Assembly: GCF_014359905.1 (NCBI RefSeq)
Contig: NZ_JACIYP010000006.1
Coordinates: 17,679 to 81,678 of the forward strand
Direction of reading: 5' to 3'
DNA from: Hoeflea sp.
GTDB lineage: Bacteria; Pseudomonadota; Alphaproteobacteria; Rhizobiales; Rhizobiaceae
Length of the DNA: 64,000 nucleotides
Below, piece after piece: positions 31,524 through 41,857 of this stretch. The position numbers and the translations under genes were made by a program. The notes below the pieces were generated by a model that saw only the letters and a program-made list of their open reading frames with translations, was not told the origin of the DNA and made no database searches. Numbering within the stretch: the first letter of the stretch is position 1; the number at the start of each line of letters is the position of its first letter.

Positions 31524-31956
31524 TTGCACGGTCACCTTCCGCTTCGACAAAGCCGAAAAATGATCCGTCCTCATACGCCATCCTCCCTACCGCGACCGGC
31601 ATCGTGACCCGCAGCCGCTCTGGCGAGATCAGCAGACGGGCCGCCATGCGCAACCCCTCGGGAGTGTCCACAATTCCAACCGCATACGGCGCTTCATGCG
31701 TGAAGATGCTCGGAGCCGCGTGGACGATCGTATAGGAATAGATGTGGCCTCGGCCCGAGATTTCTCTCCATTCCACCTTGGCGCCTAGACAAGCCGGGCA
31801 TATGGGCTTGGGTGGAAAGGTTGTCTTCTGGCAGGCGGCGCAGCAGGTGGTCAGAAACCGCCCTTCCGTAAGACCATCCCAGAAGGTTTGGGTGAAACCT
31901 GAAATCCGGGGCGGATAGGGACGGTTGCCTGTCATAGGGATTACATGTTCGATCAT
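31516..31956 (-). CDS. DUF35-type Zn-ribbon/OB-fold protein
   Basis: FWDG...CAAC...FPPKPICPAC...SGRGHIYSYT. Confidence 0.9.
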   Translation of the reverse strand: MIEHVIPMTGNRPYPPRISGFTQTFWDGLTEGRFLTTCCAACQKTTFPPKPICPACLGAKVEWREISGRGHIYSYTIVHAAPSIFTHEAPYAVGIVDTPEGLRMAARLLISPERLRVTMPVAVGRMAYEDGSFFGFVEAEGDRAND

Positions 31957-33149
31957 GCCGCCTCCAGTATATGTATAAGCGCCGCGTTGTAATTTCCCAA
32001 CTCGCAGCACATTAAGCCAATTCGCGCCATGTCAACTTGCCTGTGGCCCGCCTGCGACGTCAGCTGCTGATATAGTTCCAAGGCGTTGTAGAGCGGCGTC
32101 AGCCGCGCCGGATGGCCACGCGACTGGCAGCCCCCAGATGTGTTGATGGGAATCCGCCCACCGAGTGTAGTCTGCCCCGCCTCGGTCTGCTCGGCGCCCT
32201 TGCCCTTCTCTAGCAGACCAAGCGCTTCAGCCACGAGAATCTCGACGATCGTGCAAGGAGCATAAAGCTCGGCGAGATCGATCTGATCGGGCGTCAAACC
32301 GGCATCGTCATAGGCTGCGCGTCCAGCCCGCTGTGCCGCGTTCAGGGCGATCATGTCAGCAGGCGCATCGGCAATCTGATGCACCCCCTCGTGATAGGCC
32401 CCCCGCCCTCGCAACACTACAAAGGGCCGACCGCTCTGCTCGGCCACGCGGCGCGAGGCAAGCACCAGACAGATGGCCCCATCCGAGCGAGGCGGTACAT
32501 CCAGCAGCGATAATGGGTGCACGATGGGCTTGGCGGCCAGGACATCATCGATAGTCATCGGTTTTCTGAACTGTGCCAGCGGGTTCAATTCAGCGTGTTT
32601 GCGGTTCTTCAGCGCAACGCTTGAAATCTGTTCCCGGGTTGCGCCGGTCTCGTGCATGTAACGCACGGCGTCCATCGCATACCAGGAGATCGGCGTGAAT
32701 CCAGCGGCGGATTGAAAATCCACATCGCCGACCGCGCGCATCGTATAGTTCATATGTTCGGTGGCAGGCACCGCCGTTTCCAGATTGACGCCAAGCGCCA
32801 ACGCCAGCTCGGTCCGGCCGAGCCGAATTTCATCGGCGGCTCGGTCGAAAACCAACCCGCCGGTCATGCCGTTGCCCAGGATCTCCATCACACCGCCGTC
32901 GCATTTCATGTCTAGATAGCCTGCCATGAAGGTCGCGAAGTATTTCTGACGCGTGTAGATGTGCGGCTCAGCGAAAATCATCGCACCCACCTGCATCTTG
33001 TCGACATTTGCATCCGCGATCGCCTGACTCACCACCTGCGCGAGCAGTTCATGTTCCAGAACCTGTTGTGCGGCCCCCGGGCGGGATTGGATTTTCCCGA
33101 CCGGAGTCGCCGACGCAGCTAAGAGAGTGACTTCATTCACCGGTTGCAT
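31953..33149 (-). CDS. Thiolase-superfamily (SCP2/Ltp2-like) protein lacking the nucleophilic Cys
   Basis: KNRKHAELNPLAQ, SDGAICLV, INTSGG...GHP; LGNGMTGG where ACAS/CSS is expected. Confidence 0.82.
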   Translation of the reverse strand: MQPVNEVTLLAASATPVGKIQSRPGAAQQVLEHELLAQVVSQAIADANVDKMQVGAMIFAEPHIYTRQKYFATFMAGYLDMKCDGGVMEILGNGMTGGLVFDRAADEIRLGRTELALALGVNLETAVPATEHMNYTMRAVGDVDFQSAAGFTPISWYAMDAVRYMHETGATREQISSVALKNRKHAELNPLAQFRKPMTIDDVLAAKPIVHPLSLLDVPPRSDGAICLVLASRRVAEQSGRPFVVLRGRGAYHEGVHQIADAPADMIALNAAQRAGRAAYDDAGLTPDQIDLAELYAPCTIVEILVAEALGLLEKGKGAEQTEAGQTTLGGRIPINTSGGCQSRGHPARLTPLYNALELYQQLTSQAGHRQVDMARIGLMCCELGNYNAALIHILEAA

Positions 33150-33153
33150 TCTA

Positions 33154-34281
33154 CTATTGTCCCGGCTGAACTTTGGAGTAGATCTCGCGCGACAATACCT
33201 CTTCGTATTTCTCCGGGTCATCGCCGAACTCGGCGCTTAGGCCTTCCCATTTGGCTTTGTTTTCCAGAAGCGTCGCGATGATCTCGCGAGCATTCTTAAC
33301 CCCTCGACCCTCGGCAATACTGGCGACTGCATCACCCTCGGCCGCCTTATAGGCTTTCAATTTCGCCAGCAGGCTGTCATCAGGAGCAAGGAATTTAATT
33401 CCCTTGTCCCGCGCATCCTGCAAGGTCTCGAGATCTTCGGGTAAATAACCGCGGAAGATCTCGCCCGAGATAGCAATTGGCGCATTTGCGATAAGCGCCG
33501 CCCTTTGGTCTTCCGGCAATCCATCCCAAGTCGATTTAGAATAGACCACGTAGCCACCGCCGTGGAATGTGCCCATTGGCAGATCAACGATGGTGTCGAC
33601 CAGCTCGATAAGAGAAAGCTGTTTTAGCCACGCAATCGAGCCGAGCACGCAGTCCGCCTGGTTTCGCTCCAAAGCCTGATAGACCTCCGATGATGGCAGA
33701 TTCACCGGTACAGCCCCTAGCGCGTTAGCCCATCTGCCCCAAGCGCCGACCGCGCGGATCTTTTTTCCCTGAATGTCGGCGCTGCTTTGCAGATCGCCCT
33801 TGCACATCAGGTAATAGGGCATAGTCGCGTAGGGTGCTACATAGGCAATGCCATTCTGATCCCATTCAGCTTTGCAATCGGGACAATCCAGAAGAACAGT
33901 CTCGGCCACCGCTGCCGCCATTACTGCGGGATTCTCGCCGACCAACGCCATCTCCGATAGCATCGAATCGCGCGGAAGGTTACTAGGTGAATAAATCGAG
34001 ACGACGAATCCACCATCGGCGATCCCGTCGCGCAGGCCGGGCAACATCGCCGAGGCCCCGAGGAGAGCGCCCCCGGCTACTAGATCAAAGGTCAACTTAC
34101 CGTTCGTATCTCTAGTAACCGCCTCGAAGTACGGACCATAGCCGTATTTGTTTGCCGCGTTTGAGGGTGGCTGATAATTCGCATAAACAAGCATACGCGC
34201 CTCTTCTGACCGCCCGCTCGATGCAGCGAAAAGTAAAATTCCGACGCCGATACATGTAGCTCTGAAGATTGGTCTGATCAT
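33154..34281 (-). CDS. TRAP substrate-binding protein (DctP family)
   Basis: Signal peptide; DIQGKKIRA; EVYQALER. Confidence 0.9.
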   Translation of the reverse strand: MIRPIFRATCIGVGILLFAASSGRSEEARMLVYANYQPPSNAANKYGYGPYFEAVTRDTNGKLTFDLVAGGALLGASAMLPGLRDGIADGGFVVSIYSPSNLPRDSMLSEMALVGENPAVMAAAVAETVLLDCPDCKAEWDQNGIAYVAPYATMPYYLMCKGDLQSSADIQGKKIRAVGAWGRWANALGAVPVNLPSSEVYQALERNQADCVLGSIAWLKQLSLIELVDTIVDLPMGTFHGGGYVVYSKSTWDGLPEDQRAALIANAPIAISGEIFRGYLPEDLETLQDARDKGIKFLAPDDSLLAKLKAYKAAEGDAVASIAEGRGVKNAREIIATLLENKAKWEGLSAEFGDDPEKYEEVLSREIYSKVQPGQ

Positions 34282-34344
34282 TTCTTTTCCTCCATGTTAA
34301 GATGATATATTGAAGAGAACGCTGTTCCCAAGACCTAGCCAGAA

Positions 34345-35658
34345 CTAGCCGACCATTAAGTTGGGGACATATAGAGAAATCTGCGGAAACAGTATCAGCA
34401 GTAGAAGCGTCAACATTTCGATGACAACGAACCAGCTGACCCCTCGAAAGATTGTCCCCAGCGCTATACTTTTGCCCACCACGCCCTTGATCACGAAAAC
34501 GTTCATACCGATAGGGGGTGTGATCAGACCTATTTCAATCAACTTGATCATGATTACTGCGAACCAAATGAGGTTTATATTCGCCGCCTCGACAAGCGGA
34601 AGCGCGACGGGGAGCGTGATTAGAAGAACACCCATGGGATCCAAAAACATTCCTAAAACGAGCGTGAAAGCCGCAATAACGAACAGCACCATCGTCGAAC
34701 CCAACCCCATATCGGTGATCTCGGCGCCGATAAATTGCGGAATGCCGCTGACCACCACAAAGCGCGTCAGCAAACTCGCCCCGATAGCAATCAGGAGGAT
34801 CGAGGCCGTCGAGATGACCGTTTCGCGAGCGGCGTCCAAGAACGCCCGCCTCCTGTAACCGCTGCGCAGACGCACGAAAGCCACCACCGCCATCAATGCC
34901 GCACCAATACCAGCGGCTTCGCTCTCAGTGGCAATCCCGGCATAGATCCCCGTAATTACACCACCAGCGACCAGCAGCACCGGCCAAACCTCCCTCAACG
35001 CGGTAAACCGCTCCGGCCAAGATGACGCATGCACTGACGGAGCAAGTTCGTCATTCAAATAACAGCGGAGAACGATCATTACTGTATACATGAAAGCAGT
35101 CAGCAAACCGGGAAGAATTCCAGCCATCAGGCATATCCCGATCGATTGCTCTGTAAACACAGCATAGAGAATCATCAGAATACTGGGCGGAATCAAGGAC
35201 CCTATCGTACCGGCGGCCGCCACAGTACCCGCGGCTAAACCTGCATCGTAACGCGCGTGGAGCATCTCGGGAATGGCGATGCGCCCCATCGCGGATGCCG
35301 TGGCCAAGCTGGAGCCGCTGACCGCTGCGAACATCGCGCACGCTATAGTGGATGCAACTGCCAGTCCACCCGGCAACTGGCCAAGCCATGCCTTTGCCGC
35401 CCGAAAAAGCCCCGATGTCAATCCCCCATGGTAGGCAATCGCTCCCATCAGTAGGAACATCGGTATTGCGGCCAGCGACCAATTCGCTGCAAAATCATAG
35501 GGTAACGACCTGAGCGCGCCGTAAGCCGCATCAAAGCCGCGGAGGGACGCAAGCCCCCCAAAGGAGACAAGAGAAAGTGCCAAGCCAACATGCATCCGGA
35601 AAAACAACAAGACCACAAGCAACGCTAACCCGATAAATCCTATAGTCACACCTGTCAT
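34345..35658 (-). CDS. TRAP large permease (DctM family)
   Basis: SGSSLATAS, GTIGSLIPPS, ITPPIGMN. Confidence 0.93.
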   Translation of the reverse strand: MTGVTIGFIGLALLVVLLFFRMHVGLALSLVSFGGLASLRGFDAAYGALRSLPYDFAANWSLAAIPMFLLMGAIAYHGGLTSGLFRAAKAWLGQLPGGLAVASTIACAMFAAVSGSSLATASAMGRIAIPEMLHARYDAGLAAGTVAAAGTIGSLIPPSILMILYAVFTEQSIGICLMAGILPGLLTAFMYTVMIVLRCYLNDELAPSVHASSWPERFTALREVWPVLLVAGGVITGIYAGIATESEAAGIGAALMAVVAFVRLRSGYRRRAFLDAARETVISTASILLIAIGASLLTRFVVVSGIPQFIGAEITDMGLGSTMVLFVIAAFTLVLGMFLDPMGVLLITLPVALPLVEAANINLIWFAVIMIKLIEIGLITPPIGMNVFVIKGVVGKSIALGTIFRGVSWFVVIEMLTLLLLILFPQISLYVPNLMVG

Positions 35659-35672
35659 GGGTTCGTTGCCTC

Positions 35673-36735
35673 CTTGCCTATCCGGTTAACTCCCACACCC
35701 ACCAGATCTAGTGTTTGGCATGGATATCCTGGCCCGTGACGACCTGCAGTTCCCGCAGTTCCAACGCATTTTCCCGGACGGCGCGGCCTGTGCTGCCTAT
35801 CTCGAAAAGGCCCGATGGAAGGGAGGTTTCGCTTGTCCAAGGTGCGGCGTCGTTGGCGAGCCGTTCCGTTTCGAAGCCCGCCCAGGCGTTCTGCGGCTGC
35901 CGCGCCTGTCGCAAAGACGTAAGCCTGATGGCCGGGACCGTCATGGAGCGCGGCCACACGCCGGTGTCGACTTGGTACTGGGCGGCCTATTTGATAGCCA
36001 GCCAGACGCCCGGAATGTCGTCGGCCGTCCAATTTCAGCGGCAACTCGGCCTGTCGCGCTACGAGACGGCCTTCGGCATCCTTCACAAACTCCGCGCCGG
36101 GATGGTGCGCCCCGAACGCGACAAGATCGGCGGGAAGCCGCAAGAACATGTCGAAGTGGATGAAACGTGGGTCGGTGGACGGACCCCCGAGGCGTCCATC
36201 ACAAGGTTCTCGTCTCCTGCGCCGTGGAGGTGCGGCGCCGCAAGCCGGGAACCAAACTCGACAATCGGAAAGACGGTCGCTACGCGGGGCGTGTTCGTCT
36301 CGCTGTCGTCCCTGACCGTAGCGCCAATTCGCTCTGCGGATTCGTCGAGAACGCCGTTGCTCCCGGATCACTTGATCGTCACCGACGACTGGAGCGGCTA
36401 TGCCGGCCTCCGCAAGCGCGGATTCGACCACCACGCGATCGCCGAATGCGGAGACCCAGAGATCGCAGAGGAATTCCTGCCGATCATCCACTTGGTCTTC
36501 GCCAATCTGAAGACTTGGATCAATGGCATCCATCACGGAGACAGCGTCAAGCATCTACAAGCCTACCTCAACGAGTTCATGTTTCGATTCAATCGGCGCT
36601 TCTATCCCTTCAACGCATTCCGCTCGCTGCTCGGAATCGCCGGCGAGGCAGCCGCGCCGACCTTTGACGGGCTTTTCTCCGGAGAATGGGTGCACCCCAC
36701 ATTTAGTGGGTGTGGGTAACAACCGGATAGGCAAG
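35673..36735 (+). mobile_element. IS1595-family insertion sequence
   Basis: About 31-bp IRs CTTGCCTATCCGGTT...; 8-bp near-TSD GTTGCCTC/ATTGCCTC. Confidence 0.88.
35711..36719 (+). pseudogene. IS1595 transposase with several frameshifts
   Basis: Zn ribbon (RW..GF.CP.CG), VEVDET, TDDWSGY and HLQAYLNEF.FRFNRR spread over three frames. Confidence 0.85.
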
Positions 36736-36781
36736 ATTGCCTCGTTTATGTCGCTGCGGATTTGGGGCGAGACTCTTGCGC

Positions 36782-37276
36782 TCATGCAGTACAAACCCGA
36801 CGCCAAACACCGATAAGCCGCAAGACGAGCGCCACAAGGAACAGTCCCAAGCCCACAAGCACCAACCAGCGTGTAGGCCAGACCAGCAGATCGAAAAACG
36901 GGCCACTTGCAGCCGCGCCAACACGGGATTGAGCAATCGCCTCCTGTAACGTCGCGACGACAAGCAGTGAGAGAATACCGACTGATAAAATGCCGGACAT
37001 CAACTCCGCCACGGCAGCTAGCCGAGGCCCGGCCATTTCTGTCAGGAGCTCGACTTTCGTATGGTCGTTCATCAGCTCGACGCTCGCCATCGGCAAAAAA
37101 ATTACTGCAACCAAGTAGTAGTGGGCGACGATTTCTATCGTCATCGGAAGCGGTTGATTTAAAACATATCGCCCAATTACCTCGGCGCAGACGTGCACCA
37201 CCATTAGCAGAAGCGCCATGCGAGCAATAATCTCGCCGCCAGCCGAAAACTTGTTCACAACGGTATCCAGAGCCAA
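36782..37276 (-). CDS. TRAP small permease (DctQ family)
   Basis: EVIGRY...EIVAHYYLVAVIFLP, paralogous to 24571-25107; TTG start after GGAGG. Confidence 0.82.
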   Translation of the reverse strand: MALDTVVNKFSAGGEIIARMALLLMVVHVCAEVIGRYVLNQPLPMTIEIVAHYYLVAVIFLPMASVELMNDHTKVELLTEMAGPRLAAVAELMSGILSVGILSLLVVATLQEAIAQSRVGAAASGPFFDLLVWPTRWLVLVGLGLFLVALVLRLIGVWRRVCTA

Positions 37277-37410
37277 GTGACATCCTCCCCTCCCTCTGCC
37301 TGCTGGGCACTCCCTTCGCCGCCTTCGGCGAGGCCACGCATGCACTACTCGGCTTTTGTTTATACGTGCGTTTGTTTTTAAAAGCAAGTGTGTGACTTGG
37401 CACTTAATGA

Positions 37411-38359
37411 GGTTCTTCCTCACTTTGTGTGATTCATCGGCTGTTAGCGATGATGTCGCTATGGGCGGGCATGCAAAAGAAATCGACATGGTCGCCCGGC
37501 CCAGGGGTTAAGATTCTGGGTGCCACGCTCACTGTTGACGACGGGTGGGTTGTTTCCGCTGCTGGATCCGCGATCGGCATCTGCCCCGATTGTGGACGGC
37601 GAAGCCGAAGTCGGCATGGTTGGGCCCGCCGCAGCCTCCAGGATCTGCCGGTCCAGGGCAAGCCGGTGACAGTGAAGCTGCTGCTGAGCCGCTGGCGATG
37701 TGCACAGCGGGAATGCCCACGACGAACGTTCACAGACCGACTGCCGACGGTAGCTGATCCATACGCGCGTCGGACGAGAAGGGTCGGAGAGATTGTCGGC
37801 CTGTTCGGCCATAGCGCCGGCGGCCGCCCTGGTGAGCGGTTAATGCAGCGGCTCGGCATGCCCGTCAATGATGACACCATCCTGAGGCAGTTGAAGCGGG
37901 ATGCCGAGGTTGCTCATCGCAATTCCGAGTTACGGGTGGTCGGTATCGATGATTGGAGTTGGCGGAGGGCGACGAACTACGGAACCATCATGGTCGACCT
38001 CGAGCGCCGCTCGGTTGTCGACATACTGGATGACCGTAGCGTCGAGAGTGCGGCCAAGTGGCTGCGTGACCGTCCTTCCATCGAAATTGTTAGTCGGGAC
38101 CGCTGCGGCCTGTATGCGCAGGCGGCTCGTGAAGGCGCACCGCAGGCCCAACAGGTCGCCGATCGGTTTCATCTGGTCCAGAACCTTCGCTCGGCCATCG
38201 AAGAACAGATGAGCCTTTCGGGGCGCGCCACCGGCAGGGCTATTCTGCCAGAGGACGCAATTGTTGACGCTGCCACACATCGCCGTCGCGCCCGTCTTGC
38301 GCATCGGCAATCCCGCCAGGAAATATTCGACATGCTCCACGCTTTGCGCCAGCAAGGGC
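37411..38359 (+). pseudogene. ISL3-family element, truncated by IS21
   Basis: GG-start end at 37411; CPDCG Zn finger, VGIDDW, VSRDR, QVADRFHL; ORF cut at the IS21 end. Confidence 0.85.
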
Positions 38360-38496
38360 TGTCAATCGGCGCGGAAATTTGACCCCATATCGGCGTCCAA
38401 TGTTGACCCCCATGTTGACGATCAGCACCTGGTTCGCCCGGCGCTGGCCGGGGTTGCAGAGGGCGAACCAGGTGCGGGTGGTAGGGCTCTTCGGCT

Positions 38497-38601
38497 TTAG
38501 CTTTGAGAGCGGTTTTTGAAGCGCCAGGACTCGTTGCCGGTTTCGACGATCTCGCAGTGATGGGTGAGCCTGTCGAGCAGTGCGGTCGTCATCTTGGCGT
38601 C
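38497..38601 (-). pseudogene. istB: istB 3' fragment
   Basis: [34 protein letters not shown], the IstB C-terminal motif. Confidence 0.9.
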
Positions 38602-38611
38602 ACCAATGATT

Positions 38612-40717
38612 TCATGATGCCTGTTTCCTCGATCGTATATTGCGTTGGGCGCGAGCGCGCAGAGTGTCTATCAGCTCGTCCGTCAGTTCTATCTGCCATG
38701 GTTGTCCTTTCACCAACTGCCGGCCTTCGACCAGGCCGCGAGCCAGGTATTTGAAGATGGTCTGCGGCGTAACGCCGAGAGCAACAGCAGCTCCGTGGAT
38801 GGAATAGGTTCCGTCCGGCCATCGGATGGGATTGGCGCTCGTGCCGTTGATTTTGACTGTAGGAATACCCCAACGTCTCCGCAACAACCAGACATTATCA
38901 CCCTTGAAGGCGCAGTTCTGTGCCGCAAAGAAGCCTTCCGCGTTCAGCGTCGACGCGATTTCCTTGTCCATCTTCCCAGCGGCGTTCAGCTCCGTCACGC
39001 GCTTCCGCAGCCTGTCGATATCGATGTAGTCGCCATAGGTGTGAACGCGCCTCTGGAGAGAGTGTTCGCTTGTCGCTCCCGTTTGCCACAGGATCTTGAA
39101 CCAGACCCGTCCCCGCAGGCGTTTCTGGTCGAGGACGACTTCATAGATAATGAGGCGCAGGATGCTTTTGCGCTCGGCCGCCATGGTCGACGGGGCGCGC
39201 CAGATGCCGGGCAGGTCTTTTCCGAGCGCCAGCAAACCGTCGCGGTCTGCCTCACTCAGGACCAGGGGCTCGTCAGACCGCCACCGTTCATAATCCTGCT
39301 CGATCGCCTCGGCGGCGCGCAGCTTCTCTTCCCAGCCGCGCTCCAGCGAACGCGCCACCAAGCGGTTTTCGGGCTCGACCGCATCGTATTGGCGCCGTGC
39401 CCTTTCCGCCTCATAGCGCGCCCGTTCGCGCCGCAGGGCCCATTGACGCTCGAGTTGACGCGCTTCCTCTTCGATCTGGCCCAGTGCGGCGACGGCGATG
39501 GCGATCCTGTCCGGCATCAGGGCGTCAAGCAGAATGCTTTCGACGCGTGCATCGACCGGTAGCGCGCGCACTTCCTGGCATAACGCCCCCCCGTCGTGGC
39601 CGCGGTCGGCGCGGCATGTGTAGACGGGATAGTTCCCTGCGGGACCGCTATAGCGCAGACTCATCCGACGACCACACCGCCCACAGACCGCGATGCCCTG
39701 CAGCAGTGCGGCACCCTTGCGCGGCGTGCCTGAATGGCCGGCTTCGTAGCGGTTGATATTGTTCGCCAATCGCCTCTGGTTCTCCATGAACTCCTCCCAG
39801 TTAATGTAACCAGGATGAGCGGCTTCAAGACAGACCTCCCAGTCCGCGATGGGGACCTTGGTTGTCCGCGGGCGGTAAACACCCTGGCGAACGCGCCCGC
39901 CATTCAGCCGCCGCCGACCATACACATACGCCCCAGCATAGCCGGGATTATGGAGAATGCTGAGCACCCGCGGATTGCTTGCCTCACGCCAGACCACTTC
40001 GTGCGGCGCCGGACCAAGCAAGGGACGCATCGGCAGCGGCAAATTCTCCTTTCGCAGATAGCGCATCACCGCCCGCGCGCTTCCAAGCTCGCGGAACTTG
40101 TTGAAGACTAGGCCGAGCCTCGCCTGCACCTGCTCATCGGGATTGAGAATGATCTGGCCCGAACGGTCATGAGCCAATCCGGCGGGAAGAGGAAGGCGCA
40201 GCTCGCCGCGCGCCGCTTTCTGGCGCTCGCCCTGATAGAGGCGCTGCTTGATCTGATGCAACTCCGCTTCGCTCATGATGCCGGACAAGCCCAGCAACAG
40301 GCGGTCGTGGTAAGCGCAGGGATCGTAGAGCCGTTCCCCGTCAGCGATGATGACGCCGAACAATGAGCACAGATCGAGGAGCTGATGCCAATCGCGGTTG
40401 TTGCGAGCAAGCCGGGAGGCGTCGAGGCTGATGACCAGTCCGGCGTTTCCCAGCCCTATCTCGGCGATCAGCTTCTTGAAGCCCTCTCGCTCGACGAGAC
40501 CGGTCCCGGATTTGCCGAGATCTTCATCAATGACGTGCACGCGTTCATGCGGCCAGCCAAGAGCGACGGCCCGATCGACGAGACGATACTGCAGCTCCGT
40601 GCTTTCTTGATGATGCCGCACTTGGTTCACGGAAGACTGGCGGACATAGATGTAGGCGAGCTTGCCGCGATGCTCGGCCGTGACGCGTTCGTCGGGACTA
40701 TTCGAAGCTCTCAACAT
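38612..40717 (-). CDS. Large serine recombinase (resolvase + recombinase + Zn ribbon + C-terminal HTHs)
   Basis: [43 protein letters not shown]...C...C, coiled coil, C-terminal HTH; 701 aa. Confidence 0.92.
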   Translation of the reverse strand: MLRASNSPDERVTAEHRGKLAYIYVRQSSVNQVRHHQESTELQYRLVDRAVALGWPHERVHVIDEDLGKSGTGLVEREGFKKLIAEIGLGNAGLVISLDASRLARNNRDWHQLLDLCSLFGVIIADGERLYDPCAYHDRLLLGLSGIMSEAELHQIKQRLYQGERQKAARGELRLPLPAGLAHDRSGQIILNPDEQVQARLGLVFNKFRELGSARAVMRYLRKENLPLPMRPLLGPAPHEVVWREASNPRVLSILHNPGYAGAYVYGRRRLNGGRVRQGVYRPRTTKVPIADWEVCLEAAHPGYINWEEFMENQRRLANNINRYEAGHSGTPRKGAALLQGIAVCGRCGRRMSLRYSGPAGNYPVYTCRADRGHDGGALCQEVRALPVDARVESILLDALMPDRIAIAVAALGQIEEEARQLERQWALRRERARYEAERARRQYDAVEPENRLVARSLERGWEEKLRAAEAIEQDYERWRSDEPLVLSEADRDGLLALGKDLPGIWRAPSTMAAERKSILRLIIYEVVLDQKRLRGRVWFKILWQTGATSEHSLQRRVHTYGDYIDIDRLRKRVTELNAAGKMDKEIASTLNAEGFFAAQNCAFKGDNVWLLRRRWGIPTVKINGTSANPIRWPDGTYSIHGAAVALGVTPQTIFKYLARGLVEGRQLVKGQPWQIELTDELIDTLRARAQRNIRSRKQAS

Positions 40718-40907
40718 GCCGATCCACCTTTGTCGGCGCGCGGGTCGACCACCGCATCCGCATCAACAGTGGCGCAAGACCCTGAGCGATCTGTTTCCGC
40801 GTCTCCGCCGGCAGATCGAGCCACGGACGCGGGCGTGGCGTGCTCGGGTTCAGAAGCTTTGTGAGAGACTGGGACGCTACGCGGTACGGATTCGATTGCA
40901 CGTTCAT
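40698..40907 (-). CDS. Small hypothetical protein of the recombinase element
   Basis: [21 protein letters not shown] amphipathic helix; overlaps the recombinase start; start uncertain. Confidence 0.45.
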   Translation of the reverse strand: MNVQSNPYRVASQSLTKLLNPSTPRPRPWLDLPAETRKQIAQGLAPLLMRMRWSTRAPTKVDRHVESFE

Positions 40908-41190
40908 CGCGAATCACCTCCTTGGAACGGGAGGCAACCTTGCTGTTCAAATGGTGCATCAATGTGAGCAGCGTTCGAACGCTGACGCGAGGCGCCGACT
41001 TCGATGCATTCCGATCTTCCGGTGTTTCGGCCGCAAGATCGGTCGCTGAGCGGCGAATTGAACGGCAGCGTCCGTCAGGTAATCGAACGACAACGAACGC
41101 CGGACCGCGCCCGGACCGGCCTGAAACGAGCTCGAGACGCTGACCCGCAAGGCCGTGGCGCGGGTCGACGACCGTCAAATGAGACACCAT
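40711..41190 (-). CDS. Hypothetical accessory protein (possibly DUF5372/Y4bD-like)
   Basis: [16 protein letters not shown]...LPDG...SATDL; first ORF inside the element end; family name from memory. Confidence 0.6.
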   Translation of the reverse strand: MVSHLTVVDPRHGLAGQRLELVSGRSGRGPAFVVVRLPDGRCRSIRRSATDLAAETPEDRNASKSAPRVSVRTLLTLMHHLNSKVASRSKEVIRDERAIESVPRSVPVSHKASEPEHATPASVARSAGGDAETDRSGSCATVDADAVVDPRADKGGSAC

Positions 41191-41227
41191 CCTGTCGAGA
41201 ATGGCGGCAGCCTGTGATGTTTGGTTC

Positions 41228-41857
41228 GCCGAACACGGTTGGCCATTCGCCGAATGCGAGGTTGGTGGTGACGATGATCGAGGTGCGCTCGTAGAGCCTG
41301 CTGATCAGATGGAATAGAAGCTGACCTCCGGCCTGGGCGAAGGGCAGATAGCCCAGTTCATCGAGGATGATGAAGTCGAGACGGTTGAGATAGTCCGCCG
41401 TTCTTCCCTGCTTTCCGCTGCGCGTCTCCGTCTCCAGGCGGTTGACCAGATCGACGACATTGAAGAAGCGCCCGCGTGTGCCATTGCGGATGAGAGCACG
41501 GGCAATCGCGATGGCCAGGTGGCTCTTGCCTGTGCCTGTGCCGCCGACAAGAACGACATTGCGCTGATCGGCGACAAAGGCTCCGGTGGCCAGTTCGCGG
41601 ACGAGGCCTTCATTGACGGGCGTGTTGGCGAAGTCGAAGTCGTCGATGTCCTTGGCCAGAGGCAGCTTGGCGATGCTGAGCTGGTAACGGATGGAGCGCG
41701 CCTGTTTCTCGGCGATCTCGGACTGCAGGAGATCACCAACAATACGCGGCGGCTCATGCTGTCGTTTGATCCCATTACCCATGACCTCGTCATAGGCACT
41801 GCGCATGCCGTAGAGCTTCAAGGTGCTCATCAATTCCAGAACCTGTGTGCGTTCCAT
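41228..41857 (-). pseudogene. istB: istB 5' fragment (AAA+ helper ATPase)
   Basis: GGTGTGKS Walker A, ILDELGY Walker [15 protein letters not shown]. Confidence 0.92.

Larger units (their letters stand above)
38602..41225 (-). mobile_element. Large-serine-recombinase mini-element integrated in istB
   Basis: 2-bp core TC at 38600-38601 and 41226-41227; imperfect inverted arms ACCAATGATTTCA / TGTGATGTTTGGT; removal restores istB in frame. Confidence 0.88.

Noticed and set aside
8551-34281. Naming the substrate (steroid, terpenoid, ibuprofen, lactam)
   Set aside because: No diagnostic ring oxygenase, carboxylase or lactamase; family-level evidence only.
38360-38412. Repeated TCGGCG...TTGACCCC units as iterons or an array
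   Set aside because: They are IS21 terminal transposase-binding repeats, mirrored at 43405-43466.
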